This document shows positions 36,319 through 48,750 of a DNA stretch of 64,000 bases, in pieces. The notes under the pieces are model-generated. The model was given only the letters and a program-made list of their open reading frames with translations. It did no database searches and was not told the DNA's origin. A program made the position numbers and the translations under genes. The stretch's first letter is position 1. The number at the start of each line of letters is the position of its first letter. The stretch covers positions 16,678,001 through 16,742,000 of the forward strand of contig CM059452.1 of the NCBI GenBank assembly GCA_030390025.1, given 5' to 3'. The DNA comes from Squalus acanthias (Eukaryota).

Positions 36319-38299
36319 AATGTGTATGCATAGAAATGAAGTAAGTGTTATTCAATGCTTCGAGGAGAACAGTGAAGTCTCTGACTCACTGTTTATACTA
36401 TTTACGGGACGTTTACTTATTTTAGTTGAAAAAGCAATCAGTTTATTTATGGCCTGAGTCTGGGTCTGATAGACTGTAAATTCAGTCAGCGTTTCGAGGA
36501 GAGGAGAATCCCGAAGCTGATGTGCAGAGTCAGGATTTGTTGTTGCCATCCCATGGTCTAGCTATCGCGTGCCTGGAGATTGGACCGGTTAAACTTCGGG
36601 ACAGATGATCGGAGTGGGTCCACGGACATGGGTAGCAATCGGACACGGAATCCGGTAAAATATATACCGTCAAATTCCTAAAACGTGACAAAACGTTAAA
36701 ATCGATCTGCACCATCCCACCAAATAGTTCCAGGTCATGTGAAGCTGATCCACACTCCCTCCGCAGGAGAAGATACACCGCGAATATTACAGGACGAAAG
36801 TTCAGCTGATCAGAATGGCCCCTGAACTGAGAAAGTGTCTGGTGTAGAACTCCCAAACTGTGGCAGTCAGTAACATGAGAAGAACAGTGTCTTTGAAGGG
36901 GGCAGTGGGATACAGATTGGACTAGAAACATTGCTGAGGTTCAGGGTTTCCTCGCAGAGACAGAACACGTCACTGAGCGACAGGAAACACGTTCTAAGAA
37001 GGCGAGAAAGGTCAATTGGATCCGTTACACGGTTCCATGGGGATTGTTCCACCATGGAATTCCCTCCTCAAACAACTAGGACACTCCAGTTTAAACAGCG
37101 CAAAAACTGGCACTTTGCCCGCGTGATATTACAGGGCCAACCGCTTTACTCTATCCGCTACATTAGCCCAGACCTTAACTGTTCTATTTAAAATGGGTTC
37201 ACCGCTCTAGTAGAACAGTGAACTGAGGAGAGTCAAGCGTTAAGCCTGGCTCCCTGAGATGGGCAACGGTGATGTTAGAGCTAATTTCCTTCCTTGCCTC
37301 CTCTGACTGAACACAACGAGTGAAGCAATGGTATTAATGTTTCTGTCAATGGTATTCACAGTCCCACTATCATAGGGTAATCATTATATATAATCTTCCA
37401 ATTTGCCCAAGGATTGGAAATATAGTGCCTGTATTTATAGTCGTTGTCCAGCTTCATAACGTGTTTACTTCCACCTCGCTATTTCATTACTTCTTATGTC
37501 ATTGTTTTAAAGACTTGTTTCATTGTCTTCACTCAGCCTTTTGTAAAACTTCATCAGTTGTAATTTAAGATTCATCTCCTTTTCTCTGAAGTTTCCATTT
37601 GTTCAGCAGCCATTATTTCCCAGGCTCTTGTACGGACCCAGCCCAATCCTGCGTATGTTCAGTTCCTTGCATATTTGAAGTGTATCTGTTTGTTTATACA
37701 TTTCACTTTAACACATTCAGGACTAGAAACCCCTCTAGCCCACAGCACATATGGCGAATTCTGTCCGATGCTTCGGAGCAATTTCCCATCTCTTCAGTTT
37801 GCTGGTTGGCAGATTGTGAGCAGCACATTCCCCAATGCTGTAGTGTCATTTTATTAAACTTGCCCCAGCCTTGTGATCTTCCACCGAAACCATTGTGTTC
37901 TGTATCCCATTGTGTTGTGCTTCTTTCAAACGAACGGGATACGGCGCACTCCCAGCCCTGGTTTTCAGTCCATTGACATATATAGGGCTGGGTTTGTACA
38001 ATTTCCAGATATGTGATCCTCATCTGTGCTGGAAATGCAGAATGGTAAATCTTGCCCTATACTTAATTTATTTATCACCTGTAACATCGTTAAGCAGATT
38101 CCATCTTTTCCCGTTGAGCTTTGAGCAAAGTTTCACAATTTATTTTCACTGTAACGTTCCCGATAGCTTCAGAATTTGTTTTTTGTATCATGTGTTTAGA
38201 CCCGCATTGTTGTTCCTTGCCCTCACAATTGAGAGAAATCTCGAATCCAACAATAATTATTCAGCATAGTTCAAGTTACAAACCAGTTCCTCAAGTCAG

Positions 38300-38920
38300 T
38301 AAGAATGACTTGTATTTATACCGCGTGCTTTTAACTTAACTTGGGACGGGGGATTCAGGTCTAAAGAAGTAGGAAGGAGACAGGTGAAGACAAGACCACG
38401 AATTTTTAACTTACGGCATTCGGATGAAATAAAGATCAGCGCGGTCGGGGCTGGTGGTCCATTGGAACTTGGTGTAGATGGGATCGTGGTATCAGAGATT
38501 TGGAAAAACTGATGTTTCTGCATGGCGGGAGATGTAAAAATGGCAAGTAGAGCATTGCAGGAACCAAAGGAGCGTATAAATAAAACAAATGCAGTGGATG
38601 TTGTGTATATTGATTTTCAAAAGGCGGTTGATACAATGCCAGATAACGGGTTTGTTGCTAAAGTAAAGGTGCGTATTATTGAAGAGAGGTAAGAAACTTG
38701 GGGAAGAGCTTCACTAAAGGACATAAAGCAGGGGACAGTAGTTAATAATGTAAAATCGCATGTCTGTGGGTTTCAGTTGCAGGGGGGTTGAAGTAGGATT
38801 GCAGGCGGGAGATGTTACGGAGGCTGATGTGGACAATCATTGCGATGGAATTATATGGGGTGAAAGGATATGAGGCTCCATTATGAAGCTCATGCAGAGG
38901 CTGCGAAGTGTTTGCTTGTG
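38300..38920 (-). mobile_element. Degraded L2-like LINE interrupted by a 190-bp CR1-derived insert
   Basis: 3' terminus ACTTGTATTTATACCGCG resembles that at 41340. Flanks resemble the 41335-42050 element. Confidence 0.5.
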
Positions 38921-39080
38921 ACTGAGACTGTTGCCAGAGAGGCGGGTAGAATTAGTGGTCCGGGAACAGAGTTTGCGACAGGGATAAATATTAAAGGTAA
39001 AGCTAGCATATGCTATATGCTTTGATAGCCTGTCACATATATAGTGAGAAGAAAAAATCACTGATTACGAAAATAAATAT

Positions 39081-39405
39081 ATTTGCATTTGCAGCCTTGT
39101 TCTCAAATTGTCCCTGGTGTAATCACTGAGCCCTTCGGATGTGGCATTAGATTAATAATTTGCAATTTTCTAATGCTTTCCTCATTTGCAGAGAGTTCTC
39201 CATGCGATTTCTTACTTAGCGCTGATGAGCAATTCATAAAGTGCTTTGTTTATCACAGTCACTTCTCTCCCTATTTGTTTATTCTTAACCATCCTGCTGC
39301 AATATGCACACCTTGAATCATTGTCATGTCATTCTATGTGAATTAAACCACTTCTTTAGTAGGATCACTGCCTGCAAACTTGTGATGGCCGAAAGTTACA
39401 TGTGA
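39081..39405. promoter_or_regulatory. Candidate intronic enhancer: octamer ATTTGCAT, Ets/PU-like TTTCCTC next to ATTTGCA, E-box CATGTG
   Basis: ATTTGCAT 39081-39088, TTTCCTC 39177-39183, CATGTG 39399-39404, in apparently non-repeat J-C intron sequence. Confidence 0.35.
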
Positions 39406-41330
39406 GGACTGCAAAAATCTAAGCTTTAGTATTGCACAAAGAGATTCCTGAAATGTTGAGGAGGTTATTGGGAAGTTGTGGAAGGTTATGGAGAGTATTA
39501 TTGTGAAGTCCCTTGGATAAGTAGAAACACTAAGAGGAGAGTTAAAAAGTGGCACGTGAGAAATCTAAAGATAAGATTAGATTAAAGATGAAGAACGGAA
39601 TCTTCTTCAGGAAGATGAATGAATGAAGGAGATGCTAACCAACGACTTTGTCTCGGCTTTTAAAAAAATACGTTAGTGGGAGTTGAAAGGTACAAGGGGA
39701 GAATGCGGAGCAGCTCAATATGAAAAATATAGATAAGGAAGGAGTGCTGAAAAAAATGATGGAAGTCAAAAGATGGCCTGTATCCTAGAATGTTGAGAAC
39801 AGACATGCAGCAAATAGTAGATGCTCTGACCACAAACTTTCAAACAACCTAGGATCTGAAACCTGTGACAGACGACTAATATATTATCTTTGTTCAAGAA
39901 GGGAGAGAAGTATAACTGTGTTGCAGTCAGCCAATCGCCGGAAGTGGGTCATTTTCTACAGTCAGAAATTAACATTCACTAACCGAGAAATCTTTTAATT
40001 AAAGACAGTTAGCACGGGTCTGTAAACGGCAAGTTCTCCCTGACAGATATACAGAGTTCTTCGAAGAACTCTGCACATTTCCAGTTCAGTTCTGGGCACC
40101 ACGCCTCAGGAATGATATATTAGCCTTGAAGGGAGTGCAGTGCAGGTTCACCAGAATTATAGCAGGGCTAAAAATGTTAAATTATGTGGACAGGCCGCAC
40201 AGGCTAGGCTTGTATTCCCTTGAACATAGAATATTAAGTGGTGATTTAACTGAGGTGTTTAAGATGATTAAAGGGTTTGATGGTGTGGATAGAGAGAAAA
40301 TATTTCCTGGGAGTGTCAAGAACAGCGGGGCATAACCTTAAAATTAGAGCTCGACCGTTCAAGGATGAATTCCGGAAGCACTTCTTCACAAATCTGTTGC
40401 GGAAATCTGGAATTATTTCCTCCAAAAGGCTGTTGAGCTTATGTCAACTGAAAAGTGCAAAAATAACATAGATAGATTTTTGTCATGTATGGGTATTAAG
40501 GGTTACGGAACTAAGGCGTGTAGATATAGTTAAGCTACAATTTGGCCTTGATTACATTGAAGGGCGGAATAGGCTCACGGGGATGAATATCCTATTCATG
40601 TTCCTACGAAATAACGGAGCGTATAAATAAAACAAATGCAGTGGATGTTGTGTATATTGATTTTCAAAAGGCGGTTCATACAATGCCAGATAACGGGTTT
40701 GTTGATAAAGTAAAGGTGCGTATTATTGAAGAGAGGATAGAAACTTGGGGAAGAGCTTCACTAAAGGACATAAAGCAGGGGACAGTGGTTAATAATGCAA
40801 AATCGGAATGGAGGAATGGAAGCTCGAGTGTTCCTAAAGGTTCAGTATTCGAACTATATGTAATAGGATTCTAGTATAGGAGGCTCAATGTCATAATTTT
40901 AAAATGAATTCAGCAGTTCCCAGACAGTTTAGTAGATTGGGCAGGTAGATGGCAGATGACATGCAATATGGAGAATATAAAGTGATATATTTTGAGAGGA
41001 AGAATGAGATAACATATTTATTAAATTGTAATGTTTTTAATGGAGAAGAAGAATAGAGAGACACAGGTGTTCAGATAGACAGATCATTAAAAGTGGAAGG
41101 CTGTTAATTCAACGTACGGGATGCTAGGCTTTCTCAGCAGGGGTAGCGAATGCTAAAGGGAAAGGAGAGAGAACCCTACATTTAAAAATCATTGTTTAGG
41201 CCTAAATTTAAGATTATGCCCCGTTTTGGTGCCTTACGTTAGGAAGGATTTCAAGGCCATGGAGAGGGTGCAGAAGGGATTCACCGAGATAATGCCTTAG
41301 ACGGGAAGCTCTAGTAATGAGAAGAACATA
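39400..41330 (+). mobile_element. Old CR1 LINE with a nested CR1 3' fragment (~40080-40605)
   Basis: ORF 40641-40874 MDVVYIDFQKAV continues the host RT. ORFs 40126-40471 are a separate ORF2 C-terminus inserted in it. Confidence 0.8.
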
Positions 41331-41334
41331 ACAA

Positions 41335-42050
41335 CCGCAGCAACTTCCATTTATATAGCGCCTTTAACGTAGTAAAATGTACCAAGGCACTACACAGGGG
41401 GCTTGCTGAACAAAATTTGACACCGAGACACATACGGGGATATTAGGACAGGTGACTAAAAGCTTGGAAAAGAGGTAGGTTTTCAGGAGCATTTTAAATG
41501 AGGATAGAGTGTAGAGCGGCGTAGAGGTTTATTGAGAGCATTCCAGAGCTTAGTACCTAGGTATGGCCGCCAATGGTGAAGAAATGGAAATCGGGAATGC
41601 GCAAGAGGCCAGAATTGGAGGAGCGCAGACCTCTCGGAGGGTTTTAGGGCTGGAAGATCTGACAGAGATACCACAAGGATAAGATGCCAATGTAGGTCAG
41701 CGAGTAGGTCCTGCGAGTTAAGTTAGGGACAGCAAAGTTTTGGATCAGCTCAAGATTACGAAGCGTGACTGGTGGGAGGCCAGACAGGATCGCGTTGGAA
41801 TATTCAAGTCTAGAGGTGACACAGGCATGGATGAGGGTTTCAGCAGCCGATAGGCTGAAGCAGGGGCAGACTCGAGCAATGAAACGGAGGCAGAAATAGG
41901 AGCACTTGGTGACGGTGAGTATATGGGGTCGAAAGCTCAGCTCCGATTGAAGTTGGACATGGAAGTTGCGAACAGTCTGATTCAGCCTGAGACAGTGGCC
42001 ATGGAGGAGAATGGAGACGGTGGTCAAGGAACAAAGTGAAACTTGGGCTC
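41335..42050 (-). mobile_element. L2-like LINE 3' fragment
   Basis: Minus ORF 41644-42057 AETLIHACVTSRLEYSNAILSGLP...LELIQN, the L2/CR1-superfamily ORF2 C-terminus. Confidence 0.85.
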
Positions 42051-43274
42051 TTTTCATGAGAACAAACTGTAAGAGGCAGTAAAATTATGAAGCATTTGAT
42101 AAGCTAAATGGAAATAAACTATGTGCATTGGTCGTTAACTAAAGGGTATAATTTCAAAATCTTCAGCCAAAGAACGAAAAGAGAGATAAGGAGAGCTATT
42201 TTATTTTAGAGAGGGTTGCTAGAACACGGGACGTCCTACCACAAACAGAATCAGCACATTATTTTAAAAAGGAGGTAGACAAACATTTGAAAATCGAAGT
42301 ATGGGGACAGGACAGGGAAATAGTGCTTAAGAATAAAATTTCTGCTGCGCCGCTTCTTAACGGGAACTGCGCAATCCCAGCCGTGATTCTCCATTTACCA
42401 TAGTGAATTGATATAAAATACAGGCCGGGAATGGGCAATTGCTCCATGTGCGCTCCCGGCGTCCGCCACCAGGGGCGCAGCGGTGTTTCTACTCCTCAGT
42501 GGATTGCTCTTGCTCAGAGCCGGCAGTGGCGCCCTGATCTGAATCAATCCTTCAGTGCTGTAAATGCTAGGATTCTATCGGTCCCTCAACTAGCATTACC
42601 AAACCTCACTGCTGTCTCTGATCCCTGAGTTACGAAATAAAACTGCTCCAAAAGCAGGAAAATTAAAAGAGGCTATTGGTAACAATAATCGATATACATT
42701 TAATATCTGACGCCAAATGGAGAGTACAGATGTTTTCGGCAAGGTGCATTGATCATCCTTCACTCCGAAATTAACAACTGATCAGAATATTATTTGAATG
42801 TTCATTCATTACCAGAACCTCTTTATCCTAACACGCCCACTGTAATGTCGTCACAATTCCTCCCAGCTTCAATACACCACAGCCACACAGCAATAGTAAA
42901 TTGTAGTTTGTTAAACACAGAGTCGCTGGGAAAGTGGCAACGCCAATTGGTATAATCCCTTATCACGCTGTGGCCTTGGACTTTGTCCTTTCCCGTAATA
43001 AAACAATGCAACTCGTAAAACAATAATATATTGTTGAATGTGAATGGATCGGTAACATTTCAGATGAGGTTAATTTTAATAATAGACTCTTATATGTCAC
43101 CAATGTGTGTTAAACATTGCCGAGCCCGTGGCTGCGAGCCAATCACATTATCTTAATCAATAGCTGGAACCTAGTTTTCAAAATATTTCAGATGGTGTCA
43201 AATTTCACAGCGATGTTAAGGGAAGTAAAACAAACGACAATTATCTACAGACAATACGTTCAATACATAAAAGA

Positions 43275-43470
43275 AGAAAGACTTGAATTTCTATCGCGCC
43301 TTTTACGTCATCAGGACGTCCCAAAGTGCTCTACAGCCAACGACATATTTTTGAAGTGTAGTCATTGTTGCAATGTAGTAAACGCGGCAGCCAATTTGTG
43401 CACAGCACGATTCCTAAAACAGCAATGTGATAATGCGTTGGTTGAGGGATAAATATTGGCCAGGACACGG
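43275..43470 (-). mobile_element. DeuSINE-type SINE 3' fragment ending ~55 bp upstream of the C1 acceptor
   Basis: Reverse complement of the SINE tail and of GGCCAATATTTATCCCTCAAC. Confidence 0.75.
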
Positions 43471-43526
43471 TAGAAATGGTCTAATCTTCATGATAGAAGG
43501 AAGTAAGTCTTTCTTTGTAATTTTAG

Positions 43527-43847
43527 CACCACAAAATAATCCACCAATCATCAGTCTCCTCTACTCTGCAACTGACGAACTGAGAGAAAAGGGTTTTGTG
43601 CAACTGGTTTGCCTCATCAGCGAATACCAGCCAGAAAGCATTGGAGTGAGCTGGGAGAAGAACGGTAACGCCATACAGTCTGGCTTTACCACCTCATCCG
43701 CAGCTAAAAATTCGAACGGAGACTTTAGCTCCACCAGCCTCCTTCAAGTCCCCCTGCAGGAATGGGCCAGCGGTTCAATGTACAGCTGCCAAGTGTCCCA
43801 CTCTGCAACCAGCAGTAACCAACGGAAAGAAATTAGATCAACATCAG
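43527..43847 (+). CDS. IgNAR: IgNAR C1 exon
   Basis: TTTTAG|CA...TCA G|GTGAG, 321 nt. Reads APQNNPPIISLLYSATDELREKGFVQLVCLISEYQPESIGVSW...YSCQVSHSATSSNQRKEIRSTS. Confidence 0.96.
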
Positions 43848-44639
43848 GTGAGCAAATGTAACCAATTCATAAGCTTGCACTGGTGAAACTTTCTCACTTT
43901 CTTTATCAGTATTGGATTAATTGGGATGTTATTGGATAATCTAACGATAAGGATTCAACTTCCCTGAACTGGTCCTGAGTGAGATCCGTGCCAGTTTAGG
44001 GGCAGTGAAATGCTACCTTCAAAATATTGGGATTTGTTTCAGCGGCAATGGCCGAGGTAACTGAAGGTGATCTTTCAAAGAGCCGGCACAGGCACGATGG
44101 GCCGAATGGCCTCCTTCTGTGCTGTATCATTCTCTCATTCTATGTTTCAGCGGCAATGGCTGAAGTCGCTGAAAGCGCTCGCTGAATGGCGGATGTTGCA
44201 AAAAGCAGTTATAAGAAGTCTTGAAACATACACGAATATTGTGCTGCGGTCACCGAACACATCGAGCATAATATCGATGATATTACAAACAATTTATAAC
44301 GGATTGTGATAGACCCTATTGAATTCATTCACCAAATCAATCCGGGCGAAACAGAACAGAAAGACAGAGCGTAGCGTAGAGTTTACAAAAGAGGATCAAA
44401 CATTAACAGTGCGGTTCTATTACTAGTTACACTTGTGAGAATTTATTGTATTTGCTGCTGGATATCGGCACAAAAATGAAACGGGTGAGANNNNNNNNNN
44501 NNNNNNNNNNNNNNNNNNNNNNNNNNNNNNNNNNNNNNNNNNNNNNNNNNNNNNNNNNNNNNNNNNNNNNNNNNNNNNNNNNNNNNNNNNNNNNNNNNNN
44601 NNNNNNNNNNNNNNNNNNNNNNNNNNNNNNNNNNNNNNN

Positions 44640-44990
44640 GACAGATGGAGATAGTCAGCGAAACAAAGACAGAGCGAAAGAGACAAAGAGAGTGAGATAG
44701 AGAGTGACAGGGAGACAGATGGAGAGAGAGGGAGACAGACAGAGAGAGAGAGACAGAGAGAGAGACAGAGGGAGAGAGAGAGACAGAGTGAGACAGAGAG
44801 TGAGAGAGAGACAGACAGACAGCCAGAGACAGAGAGAGTGAGAGACAGACAGAGAGAGAGAGAGAGACAAAGGGACAGAGAGAGAGAGTCAGCGAAACAA
44901 AGACAGAGCGAGTGAGAGAGAGTGAGATAGTGAGTGAGAGAGAGACAGGTTGAGAGAGAGGGAGACAGAGAGAGACAGAGAGGGAGAGTT
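44640..44990 (+). repeat. Imperfect (GA)n/(GACA)n microsatellite between two N gaps
   Basis: Visible purine-rich tract. Gaps at 44491-44639 and 45021-45182. Confidence 0.9.
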
Positions 44991-45367
44991 TGATGAGTTT
45001 TACAAAGTTATGATGCGAGANNNNNNNNNNNNNNNNNNNNNNNNNNNNNNNNNNNNNNNNNNNNNNNNNNNNNNNNNNNNNNNNNNNNNNNNNNNNNNNN
45101 NNNNNNNNNNNNNNNNNNNNNNNNNNNNNNNNNNNNNNNNNNNNNNNNNNNNNNNNNNNNNNNNNNNNNNNNNNNNNNNNNNTGTCACTAGATTAAACTG
45201 ACAGATACGATCACAAAACCCTGCAACAATAAGCTGATCTTTCTTTTAAAGATATTCTTTAAAAAGACCTGGGTAAGGACCAGGGATATATGACTAAGTA
45301 GAGAGCACTTTCAGGGATCTCCCAGACACGATGGACTGAATTCCTTCTACCCTGTGGAATTAATTCA

Positions 45368-45772
45368 TTCTCTCTCTCGCTGCCTCCCTCTCTATATCTA
45401 TCTTTGTCTCTGTCTCTCTGTCCCCCTCTATCACACTTCCTATCTCTCAATGTCTGCCTCGGACTTACTATCTCTGTCTCTGTCTCTGTCTCTCTCTCCT
45501 CCTCGATGTATCTCTGTCTCTCTCGCTGTCTCTATGTCTCTCTTTCTCTCTCTCTGCCTCTCACCCTTTCTCTGTCTGACTTTCCTTTTGTCTCTCTCGC
45601 TCTCTTTATATATCCGTCTCTGAATGTTCTTCTCCCTCTGCCTCTCTCTCTCTGCCTGTCTGTCTCTCTGTCTTCTCTCTATCTCTCTGTTTCTCCCTAT
45701 CTCTCTGTCTCTCTGTTTTTCTCTTTCTATGTGTTTCTCTCCCTCTCTTTATGTCTCTCTGTCGCTCTCTCA
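45368..45772 (+). repeat. Imperfect (CT)n/(CTGT)n microsatellite
   Basis: Visible pyrimidine-rich tract. Confidence 0.9.
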
Positions 45773-45981
45773 GTTTTGATGAGTTTTACAAAGTTATGAT
45801 GCGACTCAACATAGGTGGAAAAACCAAAATAATGTTTTAAATTCAATAATAATTAGCAGAGACATGATCACATCTTGCCATGCTCTCGATTATCACTGAA
45901 ATTAAAATCCTTGTTAAAGGTCCGAAGTCGTCAACACTGAAACATTGCCCCGATTCTGAACCTCTGGTTTCTCACTGACAG

Positions 45982-46284
45982 GGCTCGCAGTTTTCCTCAG
46001 AGATCCTTCCGTGGAAGAAATTTGGATCAATAAAACGGCCACCCTGTTGTGTGAAGTGGTCTCTACAGTTCCCACAGAGGTTGCGATCTCTTGGACAGTG
46101 GATGGAAAGATGAGGACTGAAGGAGTCCTGACCGAACCAGCTACAAAGTATGGAGACCAGTACCTGACCATCGGCCGCTTGACCAGCAGCGTGGAAGAGT
46201 GGGAGAGCGGGGTTGAATATTCGTGTTCGGCACAGGAGGGTCAATCTTCGACTGCGGTATCACAACGAACAGGAAAGGCAAAAG
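45982..46284 (+). CDS. IgNAR: IgNAR C2 exon
   Basis: GACAG|GG...AAA G|GTGGGT, 303 nt. Reads GLAVFLRDPSVEEIWINKTATLLCEV...EEWESGVEYSCSAQEG...TGKAK. Confidence 0.96.
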
Positions 46285-46359
46285 GTGGGTAACAATCTAC
46301 AGCCTTGTTTCCGAGTTACAGTGGATGGGAGACTAACACTGGGTGAACTTCTGTTACAG

Positions 46360-46676
46360 TCGAGCCAATGAAGCCAAAGCTCCGTCTCCTGCCTCCATCG
46401 CCAGAGGAGATTCAAAGTACGAGCGCCGCTACTCTCACCTGTTTGATAAGAGGATTCTACCCGGACAACATCACCGTTTCCTGGGAGAAGGATGGAGCTG
46501 CTTTGAGCGCGAACGTCACCAGTTTCCCCACTGCGCTTGAACAGGACCAGACCTTCAGCACAAGGAGCCTCTCACTTTACCTTCAGCGGAATGGAAGAGA
46601 GGATCAACATACACCTGTGGCGCCTCACATCCACCTTCACAATCCACCGTGAAGGGGGCCATCAGCAGCCCGAAAG
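46360..46676 (+). pseudogene. IgNAR: IgNAR C3 exon with a -1 frameshift
   Basis: 317 nt, not a multiple of 3. Reads VEPMKPKLRLLPPSPEEIQ...TFSTRS, then CTCTC where two Leu codons are expected. The shifted frame gives LTLPSAEWKRGSTYTCGASHPPSQSTVKGAISSPK. The unshifted frame stops at TGA 46650-46652. Confidence 0.92.
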
Positions 46677-47519
46677 GTAGGGACAGTACCTCAAAATACA
46701 TTCACACAATCAGCGTTTTGTAGTTACATCTAAAGCCGACATTGAACAATGCAGGCCCTAGTGGTCAGATCACTCCAGGTTACAGGTGTAACAAACTCTA
46801 GGGACATCAATTAATGCGCCCTTAACTCACAGGCGGCGAGCAGACGTTAAAGTGATCAGCGCGCAATATGTGCGCCGCCACAAGCTATGTGAGGACCAAT
46901 GGTAAGAAGAGCACATGATCAGGATTTGCTAACTTCACTGCATGTTACCCTGGGGAACGTGGGTTGTCTTTAAACAGCAATATGCAGTGGCTAAAGACAC
47001 CGAGCGTCCCACACTATGTGGGGATTAGACTTTGAATGGTGTTTGCTTCACTCTGCACTTCCTGATTTAAGGCTAGCACAACACTGAGTGGTTGCAGGCA
47101 GTGAATTAAAAGACAAAAGCAGCCAGTTATCAGGGGGCGCAACCAATTGATGTGAGTAACTTTGTACATTTGAAGTATTCAAATCTCTGCACCGCCAGCG
47201 TTAGATGTCACAGGAGGAGATAAATAATGTCTTCATGTTCTGAACCCAATTATTTGACCTTCAGTTTTTGATGATTACAATCTCCGCTTCTGCGATTACT
47301 TTTCCATCTCCATTTATTTTTATTCAATCAAATCAAAATGTGTGCACAATAATCATCCCAGCACCTCCGTGCGAGGGACGGAGAGGCATTCAAACTTCCC
47401 TGGATCTTAGGTTGGAACACCGTTTTCTGCTGAGTTCGTTGATCTCACCTGGTGGCGTCCCGGGCCTTATAATCGGTCTCAGTGTCGCATGATTCGTTAA
47501 ATAGCAAAGCCCCTGGTTC

Positions 47520-48750
47520 CATAGATACATAGATACATAGATACATAGAAGATAGGAGCAGGAGTAGGCCATCCGGCCCTTTGAGCCTGCTCCGCCATTT
47601 AATGAGATCATGGCTGATCCTCCAATTCAGTATCCCGTCCCCGCCTTCTCTCCGTAACCCTTAACCCCTTTTGCCTGTAGAAATATATCTAATTCCCTCT
47701 TAAATATATTTAATGAGCTGGCGTACACTGCCCTCTGTGGCAATGAGTTCCACAGGTTCACCACCCTCTGAGTGAAGAAATTCCCCCTCATTTCTGTCCT
47801 AAATGGTTTAGCCCTTATCCTTAAATTATGTCCTCTAGTTCTGTTCTCACCCGCCAAGGGAAACATTCCTTCTGCATCTAGTCTGTCTAGACCTGTCAGA
47901 ATTTTATACACTTCTATGAGGTCCCCTCTCAATCTTCTAAACTCCAGTGTGTACATCCCTAAACTACATAGTCTCTCCTGATAGGTCAATCCCGCCATTC
48001 CTGGTATCAGCCTGGTGAATCGCCGCTGCACCCCCTCCATGGCAAGAACATCTTTCCTCAGATGAGGCGACCAAAACTGTACACAGTACTCGAGGTGTGG
48101 TCTCACCAGTGCCCTGTACAGCTGCAGCAATGTATCCCTGTTCCTGTATTCCAACCCTTTTGCTATGAAGGCCAGCATACCGTTTGCCTTCTTGACCGCC
48201 TGTTGCACCTGCATGCTCGCCTTCAGTGACTGGTGTACAAGAACACCCAGGTCTCTCTGTACTTCCCCCTCTCCCAATTTATTGCCATTTAAATAATAAT
48301 TTGCCCTCCCGTTCCTGCACCCAAGGTGGATAACTTCGCACTTGTCCACATTATAGTGCATCTGCCATTTATCCGCCCAATCACCCAGTCTGTTCAAATC
48401 GCTCTGGAGCTTCCTGGTCTCCTCCTCTGAGCCCACCCCCCCTCCTAGTTTAGTGTCGTCTGCAAATTTGGAAATGCTGCATCCGACTCCCTGATCCAGG
48501 TCATTAATGTAAATTGTGAACAGCTGGGGACCCAGGACAGATCCCTATGGTACCCCACTTGTTACTGCCTGCCATTCAGAAAATGAACCGTTTATTCCAA
48601 CTCTCTGTTTTCTATCTGACAGCCAGTTCTCTATCCACGTCAATACTTTCCCCTTTATCCCATGAGCTTCAATTTTCCATGCTAATCTTTTATGTGGGAC
48701 CTTGTCGAAGGCCTTTTGGAAGTCCAGGTACACCACATCTACGTTCCGCT
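47520..48750 (-). mobile_element. Young CR1 LINE fragment in the C3-C4 intron
   Basis: 269-aa ORF 47627-48436 plus upstream DVVYLDFQKAFDKVPH...SGVP* in the same frame. (ATAGATAC)n tail 47521-47548. Confidence 0.95.

Noticed and set aside
44423-45201. ORFs spanning N runs (also 60741-61229) and Ser/Leu-rich ORFs at 45354-45799
   Set aside because: Artefacts of assembly gaps and GA/CT microsatellites.
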